Assembly: GCF_006345805.1 (NCBI RefSeq)
Contig: NC_043021.1
Location: 1,612,001-1,676,000 of the forward strand
From: Octopus sinensis
Lineage: Eukaryota
Length of the DNA stretch: 64,000 bases
Reading direction: 5' to 3'
Positions 36,358-49,512 of the stretch are shown here, one piece after another. The notes under the pieces were generated by a model. That model was not told the DNA's origin, did no database searches, and was given only the letters and a program-made list of their open reading frames with translations. Each line of letters begins with the position of its first letter. Within the stretch, counting starts at the first letter, position 1. A program made the position numbers and the translations under genes.

Positions 36358-36690
36358 TTGTCTTTCTGGCTGTCTGTCTCTCTCTATCTTTATTCGACTC
36401 ACTCACACACTCTGTCTCTCTCTCACTTTCCTCAAGTCTCACTTTCCTTCCTCTCTCTTTCTGTCTCTGCCTTTCTTTACCTCTCTATCTCTGTTTGGTC
36501 TTCTCTTCATATATTTCTCTCTCTCATTCTCTCACCCTGTCTATCCCTCTCTGTCTCACTCTCTCTCTCTCTCTCTCTCTCTGCATGTGTCTCTCTTACT
36601 CTCCCTGTCTATCTTTCTCTTTTTGTCTCTATATATATCTCTTTTTTCCCCCTCTCTGTCTCTCTCTGACTGTCTGTCTCTTTGTCTCTT

Positions 36691-36729
<39 letters not shown>

Positions 36730-36975
36730 CTCTCTCTCCTTCCCTCTATGTCGCTCTTTCTCCCCGTTTCATTATTATCACTAATTCTTTATTTCTCTCT
36801 TTACCACTCTCTCACTCTCTCCTGGTCTGGTCCTCTCTTTATATCTCTCTTTCTCTCTGTCTCTTTTCTTCCTTTATATCTTTCTGTATCTCTCTCTCCC
36901 TCTTTATATCTGTCTTTGTGTGTGTGTATATACATCTATCTATCTATCTATAAATATCTCTCTCTCTCTCTCTCT
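36235..36975. repeat. (CT)-rich low-complexity block
   Basis: Directly visible. Confidence 0.9.
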
Positions 36976-38567
36976 CCCCACCCATTCAATAACTTGTAGT
37001 TCTCCATGTCAACCACCTGTTACTCTGTGTGTGTGTCTATGGAGAGAGAGAGAGAGAGAGAGAGAGATAAAGAGACGACAAGGTGTGCAAATCTGTGATA
37101 ATAACTGAATTGTTTGCCGTTGGCCAGCAGCAGACTTCGGTTTTTGTTGTTTGTCTTCGTCTTCGTTGCCTTCTTCTTTTTATCATTGTTTCTCTCTCTC
37201 AGCCTGTTTTTGCTGTTAACCCCTTGCTACAAGTGGCTGCGTATACCAACCCAACTTCTCACCACACACACTCACCGTAAGCTTTTATCTCGATAACGAC
37301 CTTCACCGCTTCGATTATATATCGACCTGTCTTTTTTTTTCTACCAAACTAATCTATTTGCCCAGTGCGTGCATGTGTGTGCGTGCGTGTGTGTGTGCGT
37401 GCGTATGTGTGTCTGCGTGTGTGTGTACGTGTGTGTGTGTGCGAGCGTGTGTGCGTGCGTGTGTGTGTGTGTATGTATGTGTGTGTGTACGTGCGTGTGT
37501 GTGTGTGTGTACATGCGTGCGTGTGTATGTATATGTGTGTATGTGTGTGTGTGTATGTAGGTAACTATCCATTAAATATTTGCAACTTTTGCTTTTTTTT
37601 TTTGCTTTTCGCTCTTGATCGAGCAAGCAAACTAACTTTATTGATCAAAAGACACTCCAGTTTTGACCACTCCGTTTTTTCTTTACTTTTATCCAATTAA
37701 AACGTATCTAAAGCTTGCTTTAATTTATGTTTTGTACCGTCTTCCTATTTATTTATTTTTGAAAACTAATAAATGCATAGGCAACTTTTTCATGAGGGGC
37801 GGGCCGCATGAAACATGGCTCAGCACCAAGTGGGCCGCATTATTACTAAAAACTGATTCGACGTACTTTTTTTTTTGTTCTTCCGTTGCACGTGCCATTC
37901 AGAGAGTCCCGCTGGCCGCACTTTCCCCATGACCGGACGAGTGCGTGATTTGAGGAAGATTTGGCTGCTATTTCTAGCAGGTCGAGCGATCACGTAGAAG
38001 TGTCTCCGTTGACCCGAGTGTGTGAGAATGTTTATTCATCATTGCTAAAAGTAGATTTTACAAACTCTCCCTCACACACACACACACAAGGGCAGCATCT
38101 GTGTAACCATGCGCCGCCGTCGCCACCGCATAAGCCTCTCTCACACACACACTCAAGGGCAGGGTCTGTGTAACCATGCACCACCGCCGCTCTATAAGCC
38201 TCTCTCTCTCTCTCTGCCAGGTGCTGAGAAACTCTGGGCCTCTTGTGTTCTCACTTCTTATGAAACCCAAACTCTTAATTTATGCTGCATCATTACGAAT
38301 TAGTAAAAACTAAACTAAAATGAAAAATAATGAATCATTAAGTTCTCTCGACACAGATTGGGCCGCTTCCTCCGCCTCTAGTTTCTTGGGTCCTCACAGT
38401 TCTTGCATTAATACTAAAAATAAGTTTTCCTCATTCTTCTCCGCCGCTCATCCCATGCTAGAGATAGCAGCCAAAAGCCTTGCCCCCTCAAACTTCGCTC
38501 GGCCGCCTTAGAAATAGTTTTAACACAGAGGTCGTTAAGTTATCGGTATGTGAGTGGGAGGACCACA

Positions 38568-38603
<36 letters not shown>

Positions 38604-39194
38604 TGCTCCATTTTTATCTCTCTCTCTCTCTCTCTCTCTTTGTGTTTATCTGTCTCTCTCTCACTCTCCATCGTCTGACTCTTTATCAGTGTCTGTCTCT
38701 CCCCCTCTCTATTTTTCTCTCACACACAAACTCTCTCTCTCACTTCTTCCTCATCTTTCTATCTCTATTTCTCTCCCACTCACTCCCAAACCCTCTTCCT
38801 CTCTCTCTCTCTCTCCATCGTCTGACTGTGTCTCTTGCTCTCTTTCTCTTTATCAGTGTCTGTCTCTCACACACAAACTCTCTCTCTCTCTCTCACTCAC
38901 TTCCTCATCTTTCTATCTCTATTTCTCTCTCACTCACTCCCAAACCCTCTTCCCCCCTCTCTCTCTAGCTCTCTCTCTCTCTCTGTCTCCTACAGCCAAC
39001 ACCTCTACTGCCCCTTCACTCCTTCCTTACTAAACATATCCACCGCCTCCCCTCCTCCGCAACTGCTCCGCCACCGCCGCCGTCACAGTTTCACAGAATA
39101 TTAAACAGGGGAGCTTACTACGTTGTCCAAATAAACCCACACACACATTCACACACGCACTCTATTCAGACCGCATACACACACACACACACAC

Positions 39195-39268
39195 ACCCAC
39201 TCACGCACTCTCATCCCATTGGGAAGCTTCACTTTCGTCTGGTTTCTCTCGCATCGTCTGACAAAACT
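39195..39268 (+). promoter_or_regulatory. Candidate core promoter / 5' UTR of the CYB5R gene
   Basis: ATTGG (reverse CCAAT) and an initiator-like TTCACT just upstream of the MEDW ATG, with CpG-containing non-repetitive sequence at 39040-39120. Inference only. Confidence 0.3.
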
Positions 39269-39280
39269 ATGGAAGATTGG
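39269..39280 (+). CDS. CYB5R3: Probable coding exon 1 (MEDW) of NADH-cytochrome b5 reductase
   Basis: aaaactATGGAAGATTGG|gtctgt: A at -3 and G at +4, phase-0 GT donor matching the phase-0 acceptor of the next exon. Gives MEDW-AIPILVGVGVVV and a total CDS of 906 nt. The donor is weak and the exon tiny, so it is inferred. Confidence 0.6.
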
Positions 39281-39625
39281 GTCTGTATATTTTTCTGCTT
39301 TCTTCTGCAACTTTATAACAACTTTACTCTTGTATCAACTTGCAGAGTTGACATAGGAAGCTGTAGATGTGTGTGTGTATATATATATGTGTGTATATAT
39401 GTGTATATGTGTGTGTGTATATATATGTGTATATATATGTGTGTATATATATGTGTATATATGTGTGTATATGTGTGTGTGTATATATGTGTGTGTGTAT
39501 ATGTGTGTGTATATATGTGTGTATATGTGTATATATATGTGTATGTATTTGTATGTATGTGTGTGTGTATATATGTGTGGGTAGTATATTATATATATAT
39601 TTGTGTGTATATATAGAGAGAGTTC

Positions 39626-39670
<45 letters not shown>

Positions 39671-40290
39671 AGTGTTATTGTCTCCTTTGGTGCTCAGGGC
39701 TGGGAACCTTTAAGCCAGTCCCGAAGAAGGTTTCTCACCCGCAGAATGAAACCAGTGGTCCAATATCAGGCGTTGACCATCTCCCAATTCCTAGAAATTA
39801 ATCTCTGCAAATTGTTACGGGTTTAGCCTTGATTCTTTGGAGGGTGTCCAATTATAAGCGAGCACGTAAGCACATTTGCATACGCGTTAACAACTCCTCA
39901 CGCGTATATAGAATTTGAACGTAGAATACGATGGGGACCCCGATACAGTTGGACGACTACCCCTATATCTACTTGATATGACGGACACACCTCTGCCGTG
40001 TATGTATATATATATATATATATATACACGCACACGTATATATTAGTCTATATATCCCTCTGTCTGTCTCACTCTGTGTGTGTATATATATATGTCGTTA
40101 CGTTCTGAGTTCAAATTCCGCCGAGGTCGACTTCGCTTTTCATCCTTTCGGGGTCGATTAAATAAAGTACCAGTGTAATCGACTTAATCCCTTTGTCTGT
40201 CCTTGTTTATCCCCTCCATGTTTAGCCCCTTGTGGGCAATAAAGAAACATATATATATATATATATATATTATATCTATATATATATATA

Positions 40291-40321
<31 letters not shown>

Positions 40322-40475
40322 TGAGTGTATACACACACACTTAGAGAGAGAGAGACAGATGTTTTGGATGTCAAATTTTGAGCAGTAAGTTTGCAAAAAA
40401 TGAAAATAAAAGCAATTAAATATACGATTATGACTGGCGCTTAATTGACGCAATTAAACAAAGGGCTTCATATAC

Positions 40476-40519
<44 letters not shown>

Positions 40520-40876
40520 CTACTTATGTGTGTGTGTATTCGCTTTGTGTGCTGGCGATTGTCTACCTCGCTACTTCAGGAAATAAAGATGAAGTTTATT
40601 TATATTACGTACGTACGTATGTGTGTGTGTGTAAAACGGTAATTGTTTGTGGGCGAGTTTGTTTAAGTTTCTTGCAGACATCAAGAATATCGGAACTTCT
40701 CGTTGAAACTTTTCTTATTTCTAGTCCAAAGGTATGTGTGTACGTACGTGCACATCATACACGTATGTGTTTGTATATACGTTTATTATAGATTGTGGGT
40801 GTATGTGGTGTGCGTCTTCCTTGAGGTCTCGTGAATTGCGTTGATTAATGAGGATGCTATTTAATAGATATCTTAT

Positions 40877-40910
<34 letters not shown>

Positions 40911-41399
40911 ACGGGAAGCTTTTGAAATAGACAAAAGACGAAGGCGAGGTGGAAAAAACAACGACAATTGTATTAGTATGGCGCTCAGGAAATATATATA
41001 TATATTATGTATATATATATATATATATTATATAATATATATATATAGTATATATGTATATATATGTATATAGGATATTGTATATATATATATATATATG
41101 TTATTATATGTATATATATATATATATGTATATATATGTATATATGTATATATATATATATGTATATATATGTATAGATGTTATATATGTATATATATAT
41201 TATATATATATGTATATATATTATGTATATATGTATATATATATGTATATATGTGTATGTATATATGTATATATATGTATATATGGTATGTATATATGTA
41301 ATATTATATGTATATATGTCTATATAATATGTATATATATATATATATATATATATTATATCTGTATATATTATATATATAATATACTATATATATATA

Positions 41400-41797
41400 G
41401 GCGTAGGAGTGGCTGTGTGGTAAGTAGCTGCTAACCAGACCACTGGTTCCGGGTTCAGTCCACTGCGTGGCATCTTGGGCAAGTGTCTTCTGCTATAGCC
41501 CCGGGCCGACAATGCATTGTGAGGTGGATTTGGTAGGACGGAAACTGAAAGAAGCCTGTCGTCTTATATATGTATAATATGTGTGTGTGTGTCTGTGTTT
41601 GTGCCCCCTAGCATTGCTTGACAACCGATGCTGGTGTGTTTACGTCCCCGTCACTTAGCGGTTCGGCAAAAGAGACCGATAGAATAAGTACTGTATTCTT
41701 ACAAAGAATAAGTCCCGGGGTCGATTTGCTCGACTAAAAGGCGGTGCTCCAGCATGGCCGCAGTCAAATGACTGAAACGAGTAAAAGAGTAAAGAGT
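41400..41797 (+). mobile_element. SINE family B, full length (CYB5R intron 1)
   Basis: Head to gagtaaaagagtaaagag tail. Confidence 0.9.
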
Positions 41798-42249
41798 ATA
41801 TATATATATATATATAATATATAGAGAGAGAGAGAGAGAGAGAGAAAGAGACAAAACGAATTTTGTTTTTCTGTGAAGTAGGTCTACCTTGCATATTCTA
41901 TGTTTACAGTGTGTGTCTGTGTAGATATAAAACTTTGGTCGCCCCGCCCTTTTTCACGCACACACAACACACACACACACACATGCACATACACACAGCC
42001 CAGCTGTTTCTTTTTTTACATCAATCACTTTATCCTATTCACAACACTTTGATAGCCACTGTGCACGCCCACGCACACACACACAAGACAGACACATACA
42101 CACACACACACATATCCCTAGTTCGTACATTTACGTTGCTCCAATTTAGAGTTTAATCAGCATTTACAGGCATAGATATGTGTGTGTGTAATAATATAAT
42201 ATATATATATATTATATATATATATATAAAATGATAATATATATATATA

Positions 42250-42655
42250 TTACTCTTTTACTGGTTTCAGTCATTTGACTGCGGCCATGCTGGAGCACCG
42301 CCTTTAGTCGAGCAACTCGACACCGGAACTTATTCCTTTGCAAGCCCAGTACTTATTCTATCGGTCTCTTTTGCCGAACCGCTAAGTAACGGGGGACATA
42401 AACACACCAGCATCGGTCGTCAAGCAATGCTAGGGGGACAAATACAGACACACAAAACACACACACACATATATATATATATATAATATATATATATACG
42501 ACGGACTTCTTTCAGTTTCCGTCTACAAAATCCACTCACAATGATTTGGTCGGCCCGAGGCTATAGCAGAAGACACTTGCCCAAGGTGCCACGCAGTGGG
42601 ACTGAACCCGGAACCATGTGGTTGGTAAACAAGCTACTTACCACACAGCCACTCA
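42250..42655 (-). mobile_element. SINE family B, antisense (CYB5R intron 1)
   Basis: Near full-length reverse copy, inverted relative to 41400-41797. Confidence 0.88.
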
Positions 42656-42794
42656 TATAAAATGATAATATACATATATATATATCGTCTGTAAATGATA
42701 AATCCGTCCAAAAAGCGCTTAGCATCACAGTGTTTCGTCAGACCCTAAACCTGTTGGCCTATAGCTATGGGCCCCATAGGCCAGCCATATCTAT

Positions 42795-42835
<41 letters not shown>

Positions 42836-42836
<1 letters not shown>

Positions 42837-43228
42837 TAGCAGTATCGCCCGGCGTTGTTCAGGTTTGTAAGGGAAATAACTATAAAGCATTTTTAGAGTT
42901 ATAGCCAAAAAATAGCAAAAAATGCATTAAAAATGGGAAAAAAATGATGGTAAATTTTTTTTTAAATCGTTGACTCATCGTAGACATTTTAGAGAGTTAC
43001 TTCCCTTATATAATAGCGAAAAAATGCATTAAAATGGGAAAAAATTATGGTAAATTATTTTTTAAATCGTAGACTCATCGTAGACGCGCGCTAATACCCA
43101 GAAGAGCTCGATATGAATCACGACTATAAGAAACCCGGTTTTGGTTACACTGCACCGCAAAATGTGGGAGTAGTTAGGAATCTAAATCGTAGGAGACAGA
43201 CACACAACCTCTCTTTTATATATAAAGA
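42836..43228 (-). mobile_element. Non-autonomous Helitron (393 bp)
   Basis: Minus strand A|TCTTTATATATAAAAG ... AACGCCGGGCGATACTGCTAG|T: 5' TC, 3' CTAG, GC-rich subterminal hairpin-like motif, A^T target, no TSD; internal ~100-bp duplication. Confidence 0.75.
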
Positions 43229-43348
43229 TATATATAAATTAAAGAAAAACCACTATTGTGTAATTCAAACAATGGTAGACTTATATTATATTGTGAAATT
43301 TGAATTTTTCCCTGTAAGTTTGGAGCTATACTTCCTAATATTATTATC

Positions 43349-43393
<45 letters not shown>

Positions 43394-43649
43394 CATGGTG
43401 ACATTGATAAAACAAATTTCTTGAAACTTATCAAGCTTCTTATCTTAGCCAAATCATCGGGGTGGGGGTTGATCTTTCTTGTTTAGCCCCTTCCCCTCGT
43501 TCAACCGACTTCGACCATTCATCAAGGCATGCTCCAGTCGTGATTCTCCAGACAGAGTTTTGAATGTCTAAGGCTACTGTGTCGTATGTCATGTGATCAC
43601 TTTTTTCATCAACCCCGAAAGTTGAAAGGTTAATAATACGATGATGATG

Positions 43650-44700
43650 ATGATGATAATAATAATAATTCTTTGCACAAGAGGCACAAGGTCAATAACT
43701 TAGGAGGTCAAGTCGATTGCATCGACCCCCCAGGGATCAACTGGTACTTATTTTATCTACCCCGAAAGAATGAAATGCAAAGTTGACCATGGCGGAATTT
43801 GAACACGGGACTAATAAACAGTAGCAAAATGTCACTCAGCATTTTGTCCAGCCTGCTAATGATTCCGCCAGCTCACCACCTTTATTATTGTTATTATTAT
43901 TATTATAATGATGATGATGCTTTCAAATTGTGGAACAGGGCCAGCAGTTTGGGGCCAGCATTTGGGGTCGATAAATTAAGTACCAGTTGAACACAGGTCG
44001 ATGTCATCAACACCCCCCCCCCCAAATGGCCGCCCTTGTCGCAAAATTTGAAACCATTATTATTATTATTATTATTATCATGCCAGGCGAAATGCGTAGC
44101 CGTATTTCGTCTGTCGTTACGTTCTGAGTTCAAATTCTGTCGAGGTCGATTTTGCCTTTCATCCTTTCGGGGTCGATAAATAAAGTACCAGTTTCCCGCT
44201 GGGGTCGATGTAATCGACTTAATCCCTTTGTCTGTCCTTGTTTGTCCCCTCTATGTTTAGCCCCTTGTAGGCAGTAAAGAAATACATTATTATATTATTA
44301 TTATTAAAGCAGTGGAAGGTGGTGACCTGGTCGAATCGTTAGCAAACCAGGCAAAATTCTTAGTAGTATTTCGTCTGTCTTAATGTTCTGAGTTGAAATT
44401 CCGCCAAGGTCAACTTTGCCTTTCGTCCTTTCGGTGTCAATAAAATAAGTATCAGTTACATACTGGGGGCCAATGTAAATCCTTTATCACCCTCCCCCCC
44501 AAATTTCAGGCCTTCTGCCTTTAGTAGAAAGGATTATTATTAAAGCGGTGAGCTGGCAGAAATGTTAGCATGCCGGGCGAAGTGCTTAGTGGTATTTCGT
44601 CTGTCTTGTCTTCCCCAATACATAGCTGGTACATACTTTATCGACCCTGAAAGGATGAGAAGTAAAGTTGATCTAGGTGGAATTTGAACTCGGAATGAAA
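43650..44700. mobile_element. Cluster of SINE family A copies in both orientations
   Basis: Central domain recurs at ~43760(-), 43960(+), 44140(+), 44400(+) and 44640(-). Confidence 0.8.
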
Positions 44701-45964
44701 AGACAGATGAAATTTCACAAAGCCTGCAACAAAAGGTAAAATATAAGCACATTGTTGAAATCCTGAAGCTTTGAGATAATACACGATTACACCAAAGCAA
44801 TGTGGATAATCAAGTGTTACATTTGACAGTGTGATCTGAATATTAAAGGGTTAAGACACCTTAGCAACAGAAGAAAATGCTTGTCCTTATTCTTTTCAGT
44901 TTAGTCTTCTACAGTCGCCAGACAAAGGAAAACTTCCTGCCCTTAGCAACCAAAGGAAATTAGAGGTTCGACTCTCTCGTGATGGACTTGGCTAATTGCT
45001 GAATCCATTTGTAGAGGAGGCCACAGCTTTTGGCAAAAGTCCATGAGTTAACAATGCTCAGACACTGCAATGCATATTTGTGGAGCAGTTACATCATAGA
45101 GTCACATGAATTTCACACAGGCCTGGCTGATGCTGCTGCTGCTGCAAGGCCTATAGAGTTTATCATAGAATAGCAATGCCCTCTGCTACCATTGTGAGGT
45201 CAGGAATTTCTGGAAGTTATCCATAGGCGTAGGTGTGGCTGTGTGGTAAGAAGCTTGCTTTCCAACCTCATGGTTCCAGGTTCAATCTCACTGATAGAAT
45301 AAGTACCAGGATTTCGATATCTTTCTCCCCATAAATACATTTAATGGTCCATTGCGTGTCACCTTCAGCAAGTGTCTTCTACTATAGCCTTGGTCAACCA
45401 AAACCTTGTGAGAGTACTTATTCTATCGATATCCTTTGCCAAACCACTAAGTTACAGGAATGTAAACATACCAACATCAGTTATCAAGTGGTGGTTGGGG
45501 ACACACACACATGATGGGCTTCTTTCAGTTTCCATTTACCAGATCCACTCACAAGGCTTTGGTTGCCCCAGGGCTATTTAGAAGATACTTGCCCAAGGTG
45601 TCACACAGTGGTACTGAATCCAGAACCATGTGGTTGGGAAGCAAAATTCTTACCACGCAACCATGCCTGTACCTATATAATTTATTCAGTGCCAAATGAT
45701 CCCTGACCTTGCTCTGGTCTGTGGTACAGCAGTTGGGGCCCCTTGCTGTATTAAATGCAAGGTTTGAGGTACCACCATCCAAATACTTTCTAATGTAGGC
45801 CATTGGCTACAAATCGTATCAGGTCAATCCCCTAGTGCATAACTGGTATTTTATTTTGTTGATCCAAAACTGGGAAGATAAAAGGCTCAGTAAACCGATG
45901 CTTGCTTCTTGCTTCGTGCCCTTGCTTGATGAGGCTGAGGTCATTGCAAGTTAGTGGTCCCAGA

Positions 45965-46490
45965 GCCAACCAGAACTCTCCATCGCTGGCGTCTTTGTGT
46001 CAGCCTCTCTGCATCTTGCAAAGTGGCGTCTGCAAAGCCTCTGCATATCTTCTTTAATCATGTCCAGCCATCTGCAGCGGGACCTGCCACAAGGCCTCTT
46101 TCTTGACTTTGATTTGACTTCAGACAGCATTCACCCAGGGTGGGTTGAGCTGGCTTCATTCATCCTCAATGCTGCATCTCTCACAAACGCCGACCAGGCC
46201 TGGCGATTTGAGGCTAATGACCGCGCGATCTCCAACCACTCCTTATTCCAGCAGCGAACGCCATAGATATGGGGGCCTAGGTTGGGTTCCAGATCAGCCT
46301 TGACTGTCATCAGCCAGGTTTTTCGTTGTCCACCACATCGCTTTCGCCAACCCTGACAAGTCATCTTAAAGGCCTCTTTCAGGCTGCGGCTGCTGCATTG
46401 AGGGAGGATTAAGCCGTGGTAGGATGATCTTGGTGAGAGACAGAGGACATGTCCATACCAGCAGATGCGATGGATAGCTGTGAGGTAGGA
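45965..46490 (-). mobile_element. Two adjacent RTE-like LINE 3' fragments
   Basis: HRICWYGHVL...GWRKRCGGQRKTWLMTVKADL...LASNRQAWSAFVRD (46131-46490) and RPCGRSRCRWLDMIKEDMQRL (~46105-46030). Confidence 0.75.
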
Positions 46491-47355
46491 GGCTGCAGGC
46501 TGATGCAGGCTTGGACTAAATACCACAATATTGTTTTTTTTCTCTCAGTTCATAAACTGATGGATAAAACACCTGCTCAGAGCAGTTACTCTCTTACCTG
46601 TCAGCATCTGCACAGATGCATTCATGTGCATTCGTTCATTCACTCCGTTACATGCACATGCTCGCTCGCTCAATTACACATTCACTCAAGCATGGACAAT
46701 CATAAACACAAGTGCACACACACACACACACACTCTCTTCTCTGCTCTCTCTGTCCTCTTCTCTCTCTCTTTGTCCTCTTCTCTTTCCCTCTATCCTTCA
46801 TCTCTCTCCCTCTGTCCTTTCTCTCTCTCTCTGTCCCTCCTCTCTCTCTCTCTATCCCTTCTCTCTCTATCCCTCCTCTCTCTCTCACTCCTCTCTCTCC
46901 CTCCTCTCTCTCTCTCCCTCCCTCCTCCTCTCTCTCTCTTTCTGCGCTCTCTCTCTCTCTGCTCTCTCTCTCTCTTTCTTTGCTTCTGCTCTCTCTCCCT
47001 CCCTCTCTTCTCTTTCTGCTTCTCTCTCTATGTGTCTCTCCCTTTGCTTTTTTGGCAGTTTTTGTCTGCTCTCTTTCTCTCTTCCTGGATGACCACTGTT
47101 GGAATGTCTTTGATTACCTGAAAAACAGTTATGGGTTGGTGACAGGAAGGGAAGGGTATCCAGCCATTGTAAACATGAAAAAACTGACTGTGGCGTTTAG
47201 CACAGCTCTGCGGCTTGCCGGATCCTATCAAACCATTCCAACCCATGCCAACATAGAAACCGGACATTAAATGACAGTGATTTTGAGGAGGACTCATTCT
47301 TACACATCATTCTGAGAAACTCACACTCTCTTTCTCTTTCTCTCTCTTCTTGCAG

Positions 47356-47496
47356 GCAATTCCTATCCTGGTTGGCGTTGGTGTTGTTGTCATGACGGCA
47401 ATCCTGGCCAAACACTTGTTCTCAGGCAGCAAGAAAGCCAAGGTGACGCTTGAGAACAAAGACGTAAAGTACGCCTTGAGGTTGGTTGACAGAGAG
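47356..47496 (+). CDS. CYB5R3: NADH-cytochrome b5 reductase exon 2 (N-terminal membrane anchor, AIPILVGVGVVVMTAILAKHLF...KYALRLVDRE)
   Basis: CT-rich tract plus ttgcag| acceptor and GAG|gtaaga donor; 141 nt; hydrophobic anchor followed by VTLENKDVKYALRLVDRE, similar to ITLESPDIKYPLRLIDRE of human CYB5R3. Confidence 0.95.
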
Positions 47497-47570
47497 GTAA
47501 GAAAAAAAACCTTTCATTTTCATCCCTTTTCTTCTATCATTATATATACATGTGTGTGTGTACATATGTG

Positions 47571-47608
<38 letters not shown>

Positions 47609-47659
47609 CACATATGTATGTATATATATATATTTGTGTACGTGTGTGTGTGTGTACCT

Positions 47660-47985
47660 GACTGGCCCTCGTGCCGGTGGCACGTAAAAGCACCCACTAC
47701 ACTCAGAGTGGTTGGCATCCAGCTGTAGAAACACTGCCAGATCAAACTGGAGCCTGGTGCAGCCATCTGGTTCGCCAGTCCTCAGTCAAATCGTCCAACC
47801 CATGCTAGCATGCAAAGCGGACGTTAAACGATGATGATGATGATGATAACGACTGTTGTCCATGCTGGCATAGGTTGGATGGTTTGACCGGAGCTGATGT
47901 GCCACATGTGCCTCACCAGGCTCCAGTCTGATTTGACATGGTTTCTACAGCTGGATGCCATTCCTAATGCCAGCCACTTTCCAGA
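47660..47985. mobile_element. Tail-to-tail pair of RTE-tail short repeats (...ccaacccatgctagcatg.aaa.cggacgttaaacgatgatgat)
   Basis: The same tail recurs at ~30120-30235, 47210-47280, 54730-54780, 58210-58290, 59120-59370, 61740-61890 and 63450-63610. Confidence 0.7.
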
Positions 47986-48983
47986 GTGTGCTGAGTGCTT
48001 TTACGTAGCACCACATGAGTGCTTTTTACATGGCACCGCAAAGGTGCTTTTACGTGACACCGCATGGGCACTTTCATGTAGCACCGCTACATGTGCTTTT
48101 TATGTGGCACCGGCACCGAACCCTTACCAGTCAATCCTCCCCACCAGGGAGACCGGGCTTAACTTAACACTTCTGCTGTGCAGCATGGGTCTTTGAGTAC
48201 ATCAAAGCACCAGGCATCTCAGCCCTTTTTCATCTTAACTTTCTCATTATGACGCTGGGGGTCTTGAATAAATTAGCATAAAACTTTGACGGAAGATTAT
48301 AATGTAGACAGTAAGTTTGTGTCATAGAACCTGGGTCAGTCACAGTTGGGTTGGTATCAAAAGGGTGAAAGCAAATGTCATCCTTGGTTTACTCCAACAG
48401 AGCAAAACATAAGCCTGAGGCGAATATTCATTTTGCCTTTCCCTAATTTATGAGTTTTCACTTTCTCTCTCTCTCTTCTTCTATTTTTGGAACATGACCT
48501 TTGGCATTGTTTCGACAATCAGGTTATTCAAATTCATGACAGCATGACGTCTCTGTTTAATGTTTCCAAAACTATTTGGGGTGTCATAACACTCAAAATG
48601 AAAACTAAGTAGAAATTTGTTTTTATGTATGGCATATAATCCCTCATAACTTTTTTGTATTTCTTGGAGTTTTCAGAAAACTTTTTGTGAATTTGTATTC
48701 TATATGCAGGAATTCACAAGACAGGGGTACTTAGAGCAGAATTCCACCCAATTTTTTTTTCTTTTTAAATGACAGTTTAAACTACAGGCAGTCCAAATTT
48801 TTGGTTTAAATCCTAGCAACGGACCATTAAATGTGTTTATGGGGAGAAGGATATCAAAATCCTGGTACTTGTTCTATCAGTCTCTTTTGTTGATCTGCTA
48901 AGTTATGGCGATATAAACACACCACCACCGATTGTCAAGCAATGGAAGGAGGAACACACACACACACATCAGAATTTGTCAGT

Positions 48984-49057
48984 GGGCATTTTAGCTTAAT
49001 GGTAAAGCACTCGGGCAGTAATCACAGAGATGTGAGTTCGAGTCCCATAGCTGGCCA
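48984..49057 (+). tRNA. tRNA-Thr(AGT)-like pseudogene or tRNA-derived element
   Basis: A box tagcttaatgg, AGT-AA anticodon-loop-like segment, variable-loop gagat, B box gagttcgagtcc; anticodon and acceptor stems poorly paired, so probably non-functional. Confidence 0.4.
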
Positions 49058-49173
49058 CTGACAAATTTTTCTGCAATATAAGGATTATTTATCCTATTCA
49101 TGCTGTTCAGCATTATTCTGCATTAGAGAATAAATTATTTCCATATCCATACATATATGTGTGTGTGTGTGTG

Positions 49174-49473
49174 GAGGCGCAATGGCCCAGTGGTTAGGGC
49201 AGCAGACTCGAGGTCGTAGGATCGCGGTTTCGATTCCCAGACCGGGCGTTGTAAGTGTTTATTGAGCGAAAACACCTAAAAGCTCCAGAAGGCTCCGGCA
49301 AGGGGTGGTTGCGACCCCTGCTGTACTCTTTCGCCACAACTTTCTCTCACTCTTTCTTCTGTTGGCCTGCTCACTTAGCCAGTGGGGTGGCGTCATTTGA
49401 AGGCTAAAACAATGCGAAGCGCATTGTGACCAGCGATGTGTTGCAACATCTGATAGCTTGGTCGGTCACGGTG

Positions 49474-49475
<2 letters not shown>
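49174..49475 (+). mobile_element. SINE family C head with second tail type
   Basis: Head as at 17710, but 3' part gttggcctgctcacttagcc...ggtcggtcacg (also seen alone, reversed, at 14735-14853). Confidence 0.85.
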
Positions 49476-49512
<37 letters not shown>

